Source of the DNA: an uncultured Kiritimatiellota bacterium
GTDB lineage: Bacteria > Verrucomicrobiota > Kiritimatiellia > RFP12 > DVOR01
Length of the DNA: 64,000 nt
Reading direction: 5' to 3'
NCBI GenBank assembly: GCA_944391065.1
Contig: CALXSH010000003.1
Span: 7,871-71,870 of the forward strand
The first letter of the stretch is position 1. Each line of letters opens with the position of its first letter. A program made the translations under genes and the position numbers. A model generated the notes under the pieces. That model saw only the letters and a program-made list of their open reading frames with translations. It had not been told where the DNA came from and did no database searches. Shown in pieces: positions 56,451 through 64,000 of this stretch.

Positions 56451-57146
56451 TTATGCTTTCAGGGGCTTGATGTCGTGGTAGAGAAAGGCGATCTCGGGGA
56501 TCTCAAAATCGATGTGATGGTGGCCGCAGTACCAGCGGCGGAAGAGGAGCCGGCGGCGGAGGACGTCAAGCCACTGTTCGGTGGATGTGTCGAGCGGAAT
56601 GCCGGCGGCGCGGTCATCGTGGTGGGATGGGGGAAGGTAGCTGAGCGGACAGGTGTGGCTGAGAACGGCGTCGACCCGCCAACCGCAGGCGTCCAAGGCG
56701 GCCTCGGTGCGGGCGCGGATTTCGGGCGTGGGCTGCTCGTCGTCGAACCACGGCCAGCGGTTGAGCAGCCGGTTGTACTTGTCCACCGAATAGGCGCCGC
56801 CGATGACGAGGCAGCGCTTGCCCTCCAGGTCGTAGACAGCCCCGTCGACGGGGTAGACGATATTGGGGTAGCGCAGGTCGGTGTAGACTTTGCCGCCGAA
56901 TCCGTCGCGCAGGACCATGCCGGGTACGTGCTCCGGACGCATTTCATGGTTGCCGTGGATGCAGAAGAGGGAGATGGGCAGCTGGGCAAGGTGCTGGCGG
57001 AGGGCATTGGCCCGGGCGTCGGCGTAATAATTGATGCCGGCGTCGCCGAGGATGATCAGGGTGTCGTCACGGGTGACGCTGCGGCTGCGGCAGAAGTCGT
57101 CGACCTCGCCGAATTCGCCGTGCTTGTCACCCGTGACCCAGATCAT
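56451..57146 (-). CDS. Calcineurin-like metallophosphoesterase
   Basis: MIWVTGDKHGEF...IILGDAGINY...FCIHGNHE...GHHH: the canonical D-x-H / GD / GNH(E) / GH metal-ligand motifs. Confidence 0.7.
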   Translation of the reverse strand: MIWVTGDKHGEFGEVDDFCRSRSVTRDDTLIILGDAGINYYADARANALRQHLAQLPISLFCIHGNHEMRPEHVPGMVLRDGFGGKVYTDLRYPNIVYPVDGAVYDLEGKRCLVIGGAYSVDKYNRLLNRWPWFDDEQPTPEIRARTEAALDACGWRVDAVLSHTCPLSYLPPSHHDDRAAGIPLDTSTEQWLDVLRRRLLFRRWYCGHHHIDFEIPEIAFLYHDIKPLKA

Positions 57147-57161
57147 GCCCGGTCCCCGGGA

Positions 57162-59765
57162 TTACTCGGCCCCGTCGCTCCCGGCCGCGCTCCCGTCGGC
57201 TTCGGCCACGGTTTCCGCGTCGGCCCCGGCAGCGGCCCCGGCAGCGGCCCCTTCGGCGGTCTCGGCGTCTTCCTCCGCGGGGGCGATGGAGAAGGATGCC
57301 ATGGTGACGCCCTCCTGCAGTCGGATGAAGTTGACGCCCGCTGCGGTGCGGCCGAGGACGGAGACCTCCGCGACGCGGGTGCGGACGAGAAGCCCGGCGG
57401 TGGAGAGCAGGACAAGCGTCTCGTCGCCGCGGACGGTGGCGATGCCGATGAGTTTGCCGTTGCGCTCGTTGTCGCGCGGCATGCCGATTACGCCGGAGGA
57501 GCCGCGGTGGGTGACGCGGAAGTCACCGAAGGCGGTACGCTTGCCGCGGCCGTTCTCGGAGACGAAGAGGAGCGCGCTGTCGGCGGCCTCGACGGCCATG
57601 CCGCAGACGCGGTCAGCGTCGGACTTCAGGCGCATGCCGCAGACGCCCATGGCGTTGCGTCCGACACGGCGGACCTCGTCGATGAGGAAGGCATTGACCA
57701 GACCGTCGCGGGAGGCCATGAAGACCTTGTCGCCCGGCTGGGTAAGCATGACGCGAACGATGGCATTGCCCTCGGCGATATTGATGGCGATGAGGCCGGA
57801 ACGGTTGACGTTGCGGTAATCGGAGAGCGCCGTACGTTTAATCGTGCCGTCGGTCAGGGCAAAGGTGATGTCGCGGTCCTCGTCAAAGGAGCGGATTGCG
57901 AGCAATTCGACGATGTGCTCCTCCTTGGGCAGGCCGGGCAGGATGTTGCTGACGTGGGTGCCGGCCGCGGTGCGGCGGCACTCGGCGATGGCGAAGGTGC
58001 GCGCGGAGAAAACGCGGCCGCGGTCGGTGAAGAAGAGGAGCGTATCGTGCGTCATCGGGACGTAGAGACGCTCGATGAAGTCCTCCTCCTTGAGCAGGAC
58101 GCCGCGCTTGCCGCGTCCGCCGCGGCGCTGAGCCTCGTACTCGGAGAGCGAGGTGCGCTTGAGATAACCGCGGTGGGAGAGGGTGATGACGCAGGGTTCG
58201 TCGGCGATAAGATCCTCAATGCCGACATCGGCCGCGTCGGATTCGAGCTGGGTGCGGCGGTCGCCTTCCTTGGTGTAGGCGGCCTTGAGCCCCTCGAGGT
58301 CGTCTTTGATGAGACCGAAGACGCGGGCGGGATTGGCCAGGATGTCGCGCAGGTCGGCGATAGAGGCGCGAAGGGCGGTCTGCTCGTCGAGCAGTTTGCC
58401 GCGTTCCAGACCGGTCAACTGGCGCAGGCGCATCTCGAGGATGGCGGAGACCTGGGCGTCGGAGAAGCCGAAGCGCCCGCAGAGGCGCGCCTTGGCCTCG
58501 TCGTTGTTGGCCGAGTCACGGATGATGTGGATGACCTCGTCGAGATTATCCTGGGCGATGAGGAGGCCGTCGACAATGTGGAGGCGCTCCTCGGCGCGGC
58601 GGAGGTCAAACTTCGCGCGGCGGGTGTGGACCTCAAAGCGGTGGTCGACGTAGCAGCGGAAGAAATCGCGCAGCGTCATGCGGCGCGGACGGCCGTGGTC
58701 AAGCGCGATCATGTTCGCGCCGAAGGTGGACTGCAGCTCGGTGTGCTTGTAGAGCTGATTGAGAATGATTTCGGCGGGATTCTTCGCGTTCTGCTTAATC
58801 TCGATGACGACGCGGATGCCGTCGCGCTTGGAGGATTCGTCGCGGATGTCGGCGATGCCCTCGATTACGCCCTCCTTGACCAGGTCGGCCATGTGGGTGA
58901 CCATGACGGCCTTGTTGACCATGTACGGGATGGAGGTGATGATGATGGCCTCGCGGCGCCCCGGGGCGGCGGGCTCAATCGTCGCCTCGCCGCGGACGGT
59001 CACCGAACCGCGGCCGGTTCGGTACATGGCGGCAATGCCGGCCAGACCGCAGATCTTGGCGCCGGTGGGGAAGTCGGGACCTTTGACGAAGCGCATGAGA
59101 TCGTCAATGGTGGCCTCGGGGTGGTCGACAAAATAAATGAGGCCGTCGCAGAGCTCGCGCAGATTGTGCGGGGGGATGTTGGTGGCCATGCCGACGGCAA
59201 TGCCCTGGGAGCCGTTGAGCAGCAGGTTGGGCAGCTTGCTCGGAAGCACCTTGGGCTCGCGCTCTGTGCCGTCGTAGTTCGGCACGAAGTCGACCGTGTC
59301 CTTCTCGATGTCGGCCATCATCTCGCCGGCGATTTTCGCCATGCGCGACTCGGTGTAACGCATGGCCGCGGCGCCGTCGCCGTCGATGGTGCCGAAGTTG
59401 CCGTGGCCGTCGACCAACGGGACGCGCAGGCTGAACCACTGCGCCATGCGCACCAGCGTGTCGTAGATGGAAAAGTCGCCGTGGGGATGGTATTTACCCA
59501 TGACGTCGCCGACGATGCGCGCCGACTTGCGGTAGGGCGAAGTGTAAAAATTCTTGTTCTCGTGCATCGTGTAGAGCACACGTCGGTGCACGGGCTTGAA
59601 ACCGTCGCGGGCGTCGGGAAGGGCGCGCGCCACAATGACGCTCATGGAGTAGTCGATGTAAGAGTTCTTCATCTCCTCTTCGACATCGATTGAGGCAAGG
59701 CGGGTGTCGGCGGCCGGCGCAAGGGCGGTCTCGGCGGCCTGGGGCACGGATGTTTCGTCGTCCAT
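57162..59765 (-). CDS. gyrA: DNA gyrase subunit A
   Basis: Start MDDETSVPQ at 59765. [38 protein letters not shown]. Active-site Tyr region ([10 protein letters not shown]). C-terminal beta-pinwheel repeats and acidic tail. TATACT -10-like element upstream. Confidence 0.95.
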   Translation of the reverse strand: MDDETSVPQAAETALAPAADTRLASIDVEEEMKNSYIDYSMSVIVARALPDARDGFKPVHRRVLYTMHENKNFYTSPYRKSARIVGDVMGKYHPHGDFSIYDTLVRMAQWFSLRVPLVDGHGNFGTIDGDGAAAMRYTESRMAKIAGEMMADIEKDTVDFVPNYDGTEREPKVLPSKLPNLLLNGSQGIAVGMATNIPPHNLRELCDGLIYFVDHPEATIDDLMRFVKGPDFPTGAKICGLAGIAAMYRTGRGSVTVRGEATIEPAAPGRREAIIITSIPYMVNKAVMVTHMADLVKEGVIEGIADIRDESSKRDGIRVVIEIKQNAKNPAEIILNQLYKHTELQSTFGANMIALDHGRPRRMTLRDFFRCYVDHRFEVHTRRAKFDLRRAEERLHIVDGLLIAQDNLDEVIHIIRDSANNDEAKARLCGRFGFSDAQVSAILEMRLRQLTGLERGKLLDEQTALRASIADLRDILANPARVFGLIKDDLEGLKAAYTKEGDRRTQLESDAADVGIEDLIADEPCVITLSHRGYLKRTSLSEYEAQRRGGRGKRGVLLKEEDFIERLYVPMTHDTLLFFTDRGRVFSARTFAIAECRRTAAGTHVSNILPGLPKEEHIVELLAIRSFDEDRDITFALTDGTIKRTALSDYRNVNRSGLIAINIAEGNAIVRVMLTQPGDKVFMASRDGLVNAFLIDEVRRVGRNAMGVCGMRLKSDADRVCGMAVEAADSALLFVSENGRGKRTAFGDFRVTHRGSSGVIGMPRDNERNGKLIGIATVRGDETLVLLSTAGLLVRTRVAEVSVLGRTAAGVNFIRLQEGVTMASFSIAPAEEDAETAEGAAAGAAAGADAETVAEADGSAAGSDGAE

Positions 59766-60005
59766 CGGGGATCCTTTCAAAGGTTCATCAAGTATAGCAT
59801 AATCCGCCCCCTTACGGGCACTTCCCTCCTCGCCGCCTGGCCGCGCAGCGTCCATCGTGACGCGTCATCCATCCCGACGCACAGCCTGCCGGCAGGGGTA
59901 GGACCTCGCAGACCGGCAACCCCTCCCCGCGCTCCTGGCCCTCGGCGCGTTTCCTCCCGGACATCAGTGCCATCCGACCGCGACACCGCCCAGAATCGAC
60001 ATCTG

Positions 60006-60086
60006 ACCCTATAGGGTAACCTCACACCACCCTATAGGGTGATACTGTATCACCCTATAGGGTCATCAGTCATCACCCTATAGGGT
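60006..60086. repeat. Array of four ACCCTATAGGGT palindromes at exact 23-bp phasing (spacers not conserved)
   Basis: Palindromes at 60006, 60029, 60052 and 60075 (copies 2-4 extend to the 14-bp CACCCTATAGGGTG/A). Lies between the gyrA upstream region and the DUF1796 gene, at the high-GC / low-GC boundary. Confidence 0.9.
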
Positions 60087-60408
60087 AAGCTATCCGGTAT
60101 TGCCCTCACCCGTGTCCGGACATCCCCGCTTTTGGGCCAGGACCCGCCCCAGTCCCGCTCCTGTCCCACCGTATTCTTTCCCGCCGCCCCATCACCGTCG
60201 GCCTCGGCGAAGCCACCAAGGCCCGCAAACTCCCCCTGCCGGCCCTCCTACGACGCACCCAAAGACGCGGTACCCCCTCTCGGCAGTGCGTCATCTCATG
60301 TACACGCTTCACGTATGCCTCATGTTTGCATATGGCTTTCCGCATATGGTACAGTGTGCCCAAAGTTACGGCGATGAAATGCGTGATATTGAATGGAGCG
60401 GAAGCACA

Positions 60409-61184
60409 TGAGTGAGACCCGGATATATGATTGTATTGTGCCACTGGGATGCAATTGCTCTTCGGCGCTGCAGTTGCGGTTTCGAAAACTCCGTCAGTGC
60501 TCTCTGCCGTTCGATTGGCTGTACTATCAGGGCGATTGTCTTCCTGAGACTTATGTCGGAATGATTGAATCTCACTTTGCGGCTTGGCTCGAGAGAAAGA
60601 ATCTTGAGGTCAAGGATACGCGCAAAGAGCCGGGAAGCGGTCGCCATTCCACTGTGACGGATCTGCAGTGCGGTATTACATTTCTTCATGATTTTCTGAC
60701 TTATCCGTTGACGGATACGGAGTTGGAGACTGTCCGCGCAAAATATCAGCGGCGGATCGACCGTCTTTACGCACTGTGCGGGCATGCCGACAGGATTCTC
60801 TTTGTGATTACCGGTACAGCCGGGCAACTGAATCGTGAGAGACTCCTTGAGACTCGGCGGCGCCTGTCTGCCCTCTTCCCGCAGGCGGCCATTGATATCT
60901 TTGCGGTTATCACAGAGGCTTCGACCTTTGAAATGGTGGAGAGCCCCGAGAATGGCCTTTACCTTTCGCTGACGACGAGGAAACGGTCAACGTATGATTT
61001 GCACCATAGGCCCTGGGAGTGGTCGTGGCTGGATTCGGTCTGTTTGTCCGATGCAATGCGGGACATTCTCGGGCATGCGCCGCAGAAGCCTGCGGGCTTG
61101 TTGGACAGGTGGATTTACAAGCTTTATAAACACCTGAAAAAGACTCTGATCCGACGCGGCAGACTCCCACCGGAGTGGGACTGA
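60409..61184 (+). CDS. DUF1796-family putative papain-like cysteine peptidase
   Basis: ATG at 60409 with GGAG RBS. N-terminal motif IVPLGCNCSSALQLRF...SLPFDWLYY typical of DUF1796. GC about 52%, far below flanking DNA. Confidence 0.55.
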
Positions 61185-61599
61185 TATTTCGGGGCCCCCG
61201 TAAAAGTCCGTGGCAGTCAACCGAGCAAGACAGACGCTAGAAAGCAATCATGAAGGGGTAAATGTGTGTCTGGAAAAGGACGCTGGGTGACAGAAGGGGC
61301 GCGCAGCCCCTCAGGTCTGGTTGCAGTGTAGCTTCAGTCCAAGTGTCTAGTTTTGATATATACAAGAAGTCTAGTTTGAAATATACACGACAGACATTTA
61401 GGTCGATGGCCCCAGCCCCTCCCGTCTTTTGCTATACTCCGTCCGCACGCAGCGCACCACCCAGGAGTGAAATGAAAGTCCGTAATAGGGCCATTGAAGG
61501 CTTCAAGATCCCCGATTCTCGATTTTCTCGCGAAGGGCGCGGATACTCTACCTATAATGAGGTCTGCAACCGCACTGCAGGCACCTGCGCAACCATTGA

Positions 61600-61900
61600 C
61601 CGGGCGGCGGGAGCCTCTTCGCCAAGGGTGGCATCCGAGGATTTTGTTGGCAGGCCGCCCCGCACACGCAGGGCAAGCCCGTCCACATCATCCGCGGAGC
61701 CGTCTGGGACGTCGCCGTCGATATCCGTAGAGGTCCTTCACCTCTCAGCCACTCTGTCGCGGCCAAACTCTCCGCCGACAATGGTCTTTGTCTCGACGCC
61801 CTTGTGCCAGATCCCTGTTGGTGAGTCCTCGGTGTTCCGCGGAACCTTACCGAGAAGGCCCCCGTCATCCTTTCCTCGCCGACATTGAACCTTGGGGAGG
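61600..61900 (+). pseudogene. rmlC: Remnant of dTDP-4-dehydrorhamnose 3,5-epimerase gene (rmlC): internally deleted and frameshifted
   Basis: In-frame translation gives ...FAKGGIRGFCWQAAPHTQGKPVHIIRGAVWDVAVDIRRGPSP...KLSADNG. This matches RmlC blocks (ERGFF...; PPFAQxKLVRxVRGAxFDVAVDxRRGSPT; ELSAENK) but lacks about 35 aa between them, has an in-frame stop at 61597, and loses frame after about 61800. Confidence 0.5.
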
Positions 61901-61930
61901 ACCTTCAACCACGCTCTTTGAGGACCAATA

Positions 61931-62947
61931 ATGATTGCTTTCACGAATAGTCCGCCGCTGGCCACCTACATTCTCTTGGCCTATCGTCAAGCAGACTTGG
62001 TCGGTAAGGCCATTGAATCTGCCTTGGCTCAGACCTATCCCAATCTCGAGATTATCATCTCCGACGACTGCTCTCCTGATGATACTTGGGAGGTTATTCA
62101 GAAGACCGTCGAGGGTTACAAGGGACCTCATAAGATCATCCTTAACCGTACTGAGCACAACGGCGGTCTCGTCGGTCACATAAACGCCCTCTTTGCCATG
62201 GCTCACGGCGAGGTCTTCATCACTGCCGGCGGCGATGACATCGCCTATCCCGATCGCGTCGCCCGAGTCATGGAAGTCTTCCGAGAACATCCCGAGGCCT
62301 CCATGGTCGGGTCGGAATATGACACCATCGACGCTCAGGGAAACCGCGGCCTTCCCAAGAACCATCGTAATACCGGCTGCGTCGTCCGTTACCCCTATGA
62401 CTCGCTCGAGGCCCTCTACGACACCTTTCCCTGCTTCTGCGGCGCCGTGCTCGCCTACCGCCGCGACGTCTTCGATCGGTTCGGGCCCTTGGATCCCGCC
62501 AGTTGGGCCGAAGACATCACGCTTGGTTTTCGCGCTTCCCTCCTCGGGGAGATTTGGTGGATTGAATCACCTCTCGTCCACTATCGCATACAGGGCGGTG
62601 TCTCCACGTCTACCGTTCGGTGCATCGCTCCGGTCGTCCGCTGTGCCGTCGGGACGCTGGCGATTTATCGCCAGCTGGAGGCCGACGTCCGTCTGCTTGG
62701 ACGGGATGAACGTTATGCCGCATTGCTAGCCCGGATTTCCGATGATATCGTCAGATACACGAACAACGTCCGTGCCCTGACGGCCCCGTGGCCCTGGCCC
62801 TCGATTCCTGCCGGGATCGCTTATTACCGCCATGGCAACGAGTCCCGTGGCATGCGGCGGCGAGCGCTTCTGATGTCGCTGGTGCCCCGGTTTCTCCGTC
62901 CCGGCTTCTTCCGGCTGCTTCGCTTCCGTATGGCTCGGCGGGCGTGA
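61931..62947 (+). CDS. Glycosyltransferase family 2 protein
   Basis: N-terminal GT-A fold with acidic motifs IIISDDCSPDDT and ITAGGDDIAYPDR. 338 aa. Arg-rich C-terminal tail. Confidence 0.75.
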   Translation: MIAFTNSPPLATYILLAYRQADLVGKAIESALAQTYPNLEIIISDDCSPDDTWEVIQKTVEGYKGPHKIILNRTEHNGGLVGHINALFAMAHGEVFITAGGDDIAYPDRVARVMEVFREHPEASMVGSEYDTIDAQGNRGLPKNHRNTGCVVRYPYDSLEALYDTFPCFCGAVLAYRRDVFDRFGPLDPASWAEDITLGFRASLLGEIWWIESPLVHYRIQGGVSTSTVRCIAPVVRCAVGTLAIYRQLEADVRLLGRDERYAALLARISDDIVRYTNNVRALTAPWPWPSIPAGIAYYRHGNESRGMRRRALLMSLVPRFLRPGFFRLLRFRMARRA

Positions 62948-63057
62948 TTCTCGCCGGGCGGGTTCCCTATAGAGAAATCATAAGATACGCCACAGAAGGG
63001 GCCTGTGGCGTGTGCCGACGGACCGATGCTTCAGACGTCTTCTCAGAGGCACTCCGC

Positions 63058-63639
63058 TCAGAGCGCGGGCCCTTTGCGGGGAAGCCGACAGATAACCCAA
63101 AGCCCGAAGAGCTTCAGCGTCGCGCAACCGTTGCCAAAGCGCCATACGAAGCGCCGACGTCTGTCAAACGGCGACAAATCCTTCAGTGTAACTACCTGTC
63201 CAGCTCCATCGTCGAAGCGTCTATTCCGTCCGGCAGCGACCGCATCCCGGAATCCCTTGATGGACGCATCAAGATGGTTCCAGCCCAGTGAATCCTTCAG
63301 CGACCCCAAATCGTACTCCCACCACTGAGTTGCTTCAATCTCGCGGATCTGATCCGCTGAACGCATTCGAATCAGTCTGGCCGGAATTCCTCCGGCGATG
63401 GCACAGGGCGGGACATCTTTGGTGACGACGGCACCGGCCCCGATTATGGCCCCGCGCCCGACCGTTATACCGCCCATGATAATCACGCGACTTCCAATCC
63501 AGACATCGTGACCGAGAATGACAGGTCCATCACAGGTCGTGTGGGGGCGCAATGCAGCTTTGGTCTTCCAGTATGGCAGATGGGTTATAGGGGACGTCGT
63601 CAGACAAGTCAGGGGATATATCAGCGGCGAGAATGTCAT
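63058..63639 (-). pseudogene. Hexapeptide-repeat xenobiotic acetyltransferase (Vat/CatB-like), apparently N-terminally degraded
   Basis: The ORF carries the LbH core and XAT C-terminal motif (GHDVWIGSRVIIMGGITVGRGAIIGAGAVVTKDVPPCAIAGGIPARLIR...WWEYDL). The expected about 110-aa N-terminal half is absent. An upstream alternate frame (about 63640-63710) encodes a short CIAPP fragment resembling the XAT FCSIGPG block, implying a deletion plus frameshift. Confidence 0.45.
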
Positions 63640-63924
63640 CCTCGCGTTCGGAAAATGTCAATGCGCCTACGCTCAGAGGCGTAGACGCATTTCGGATGGC
63701 GAGTGACGGATGTGAGAATTGCTAAAGAACGCTGAGGAGGGGGCGTTGCTGTGGAGAGAGGAATGTGCTATCGTTGCGCTGTCATGCGAAGATGCGGGCT
63801 GTGCGTTCGGTAATGCTCAGTCTTTGCTGGGTAATGGATAGCGCACCGATTGAATCGAAGGTGCATGAGAAATGCGATGCGCCCTTGTGGGCAGAGCAAT
63901 TTTCACGGAAAGGAGCCTGAGACA

Positions 63925-64000
63925 ATGGCGGTGGAGAGAACACGAGGCGTTGCGATCGAACCCATCGGAAAGCCCTATGGCAAGACGGTCGGTGTGGCGA
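63925..64000 (+). CDS. Hypothetical protein, 5' fragment (continues beyond window)
   Basis: AAGGAG RBS followed by ATG at 63925 (MAVERTRGVAIEPIGKPYGKTVGVA...). Confidence 0.25.
   Translation, partial: MAVERTRGVAIEPIGKPYGKTVGVA

Noticed and set aside
60006-60086. Resemblance of CACCCTATAGGGTGA to the phage T7 promoter core (CTCACTATAGGGAGA), with the 23-bp period equal to T7 promoter length
   Set aside because: The elements are perfect palindromes, whereas single-subunit RNAP promoters are asymmetric, and no phage RNAP or phage genes are nearby. Recorded as a probable coincidence, but a genome search for a T7-like RNAP would settle it.
60100-60444. ORFs 60100-60411 +, 60106-60444 - and 60366-60827 - near array 2
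   Set aside because: Pro/Arg-rich or antisense to the DUF1796 gene; this is the promoter/spacer region.
62788-63328. Plus-strand ORFs 62788-63291 and 63005-63328 downstream of the GT2 gene
   Set aside because: No motifs, and they overlap the better-supported minus-strand acetyltransferase remnant.

Overview
High-GC (~67-68%) bacterial chromosomal segment, densely coding, with many 4-bp start/stop (ATGA) overlaps. The prepilin N-termini (GFTLIELLVVVAI) and DUF2723/TPR membrane proteins suggest a PVC-superphylum-like organism; this is inference only. Recognisable content: a NifU C-terminal fragment and NifS/IscS; an ExbB/ExbD-like pair; nth; a compact 11-gene type IV pilus-like operon (4.4-16.5 kb, minus strand); an operon of flavodoxin, ECF transporter (fused A1A2, T, S), MsbA-like ABC exporter and HemN/HemW-like radical SAM enzyme; a DUF3127 gene with prmC and an unknown 503-aa protein; two large DUF2723-like membrane/TPR proteins; housekeeping genes (holA-like, kdsD, DtxR-family regulator, rpsT, gdhA, infC, thrS, rluD-family, truA, MtaB-like, bioC, bioG, queA, trxA, a LysM protein, a Na/Pi cotransporter, ettA, gyrA). 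Most unusual are two arrays of four 23-bp-phased palindromes sharing a CTATAG core (23886-23977 and 60006-60086). The second array sits at the edge of a lower-GC (~52-60%) islet (60.3-64 kb) that holds a DUF1796 papain-like gene, a decayed rmlC remnant, a GT2 glycosyltransferase and a degraded Vat/CatB-like acetyltransferase. Many long ORFs in the six-frame track are GC-driven antisense shadows of real genes and were rejected. No rRNA, tRNA, CRISPR array, transposase or integrase was seen.
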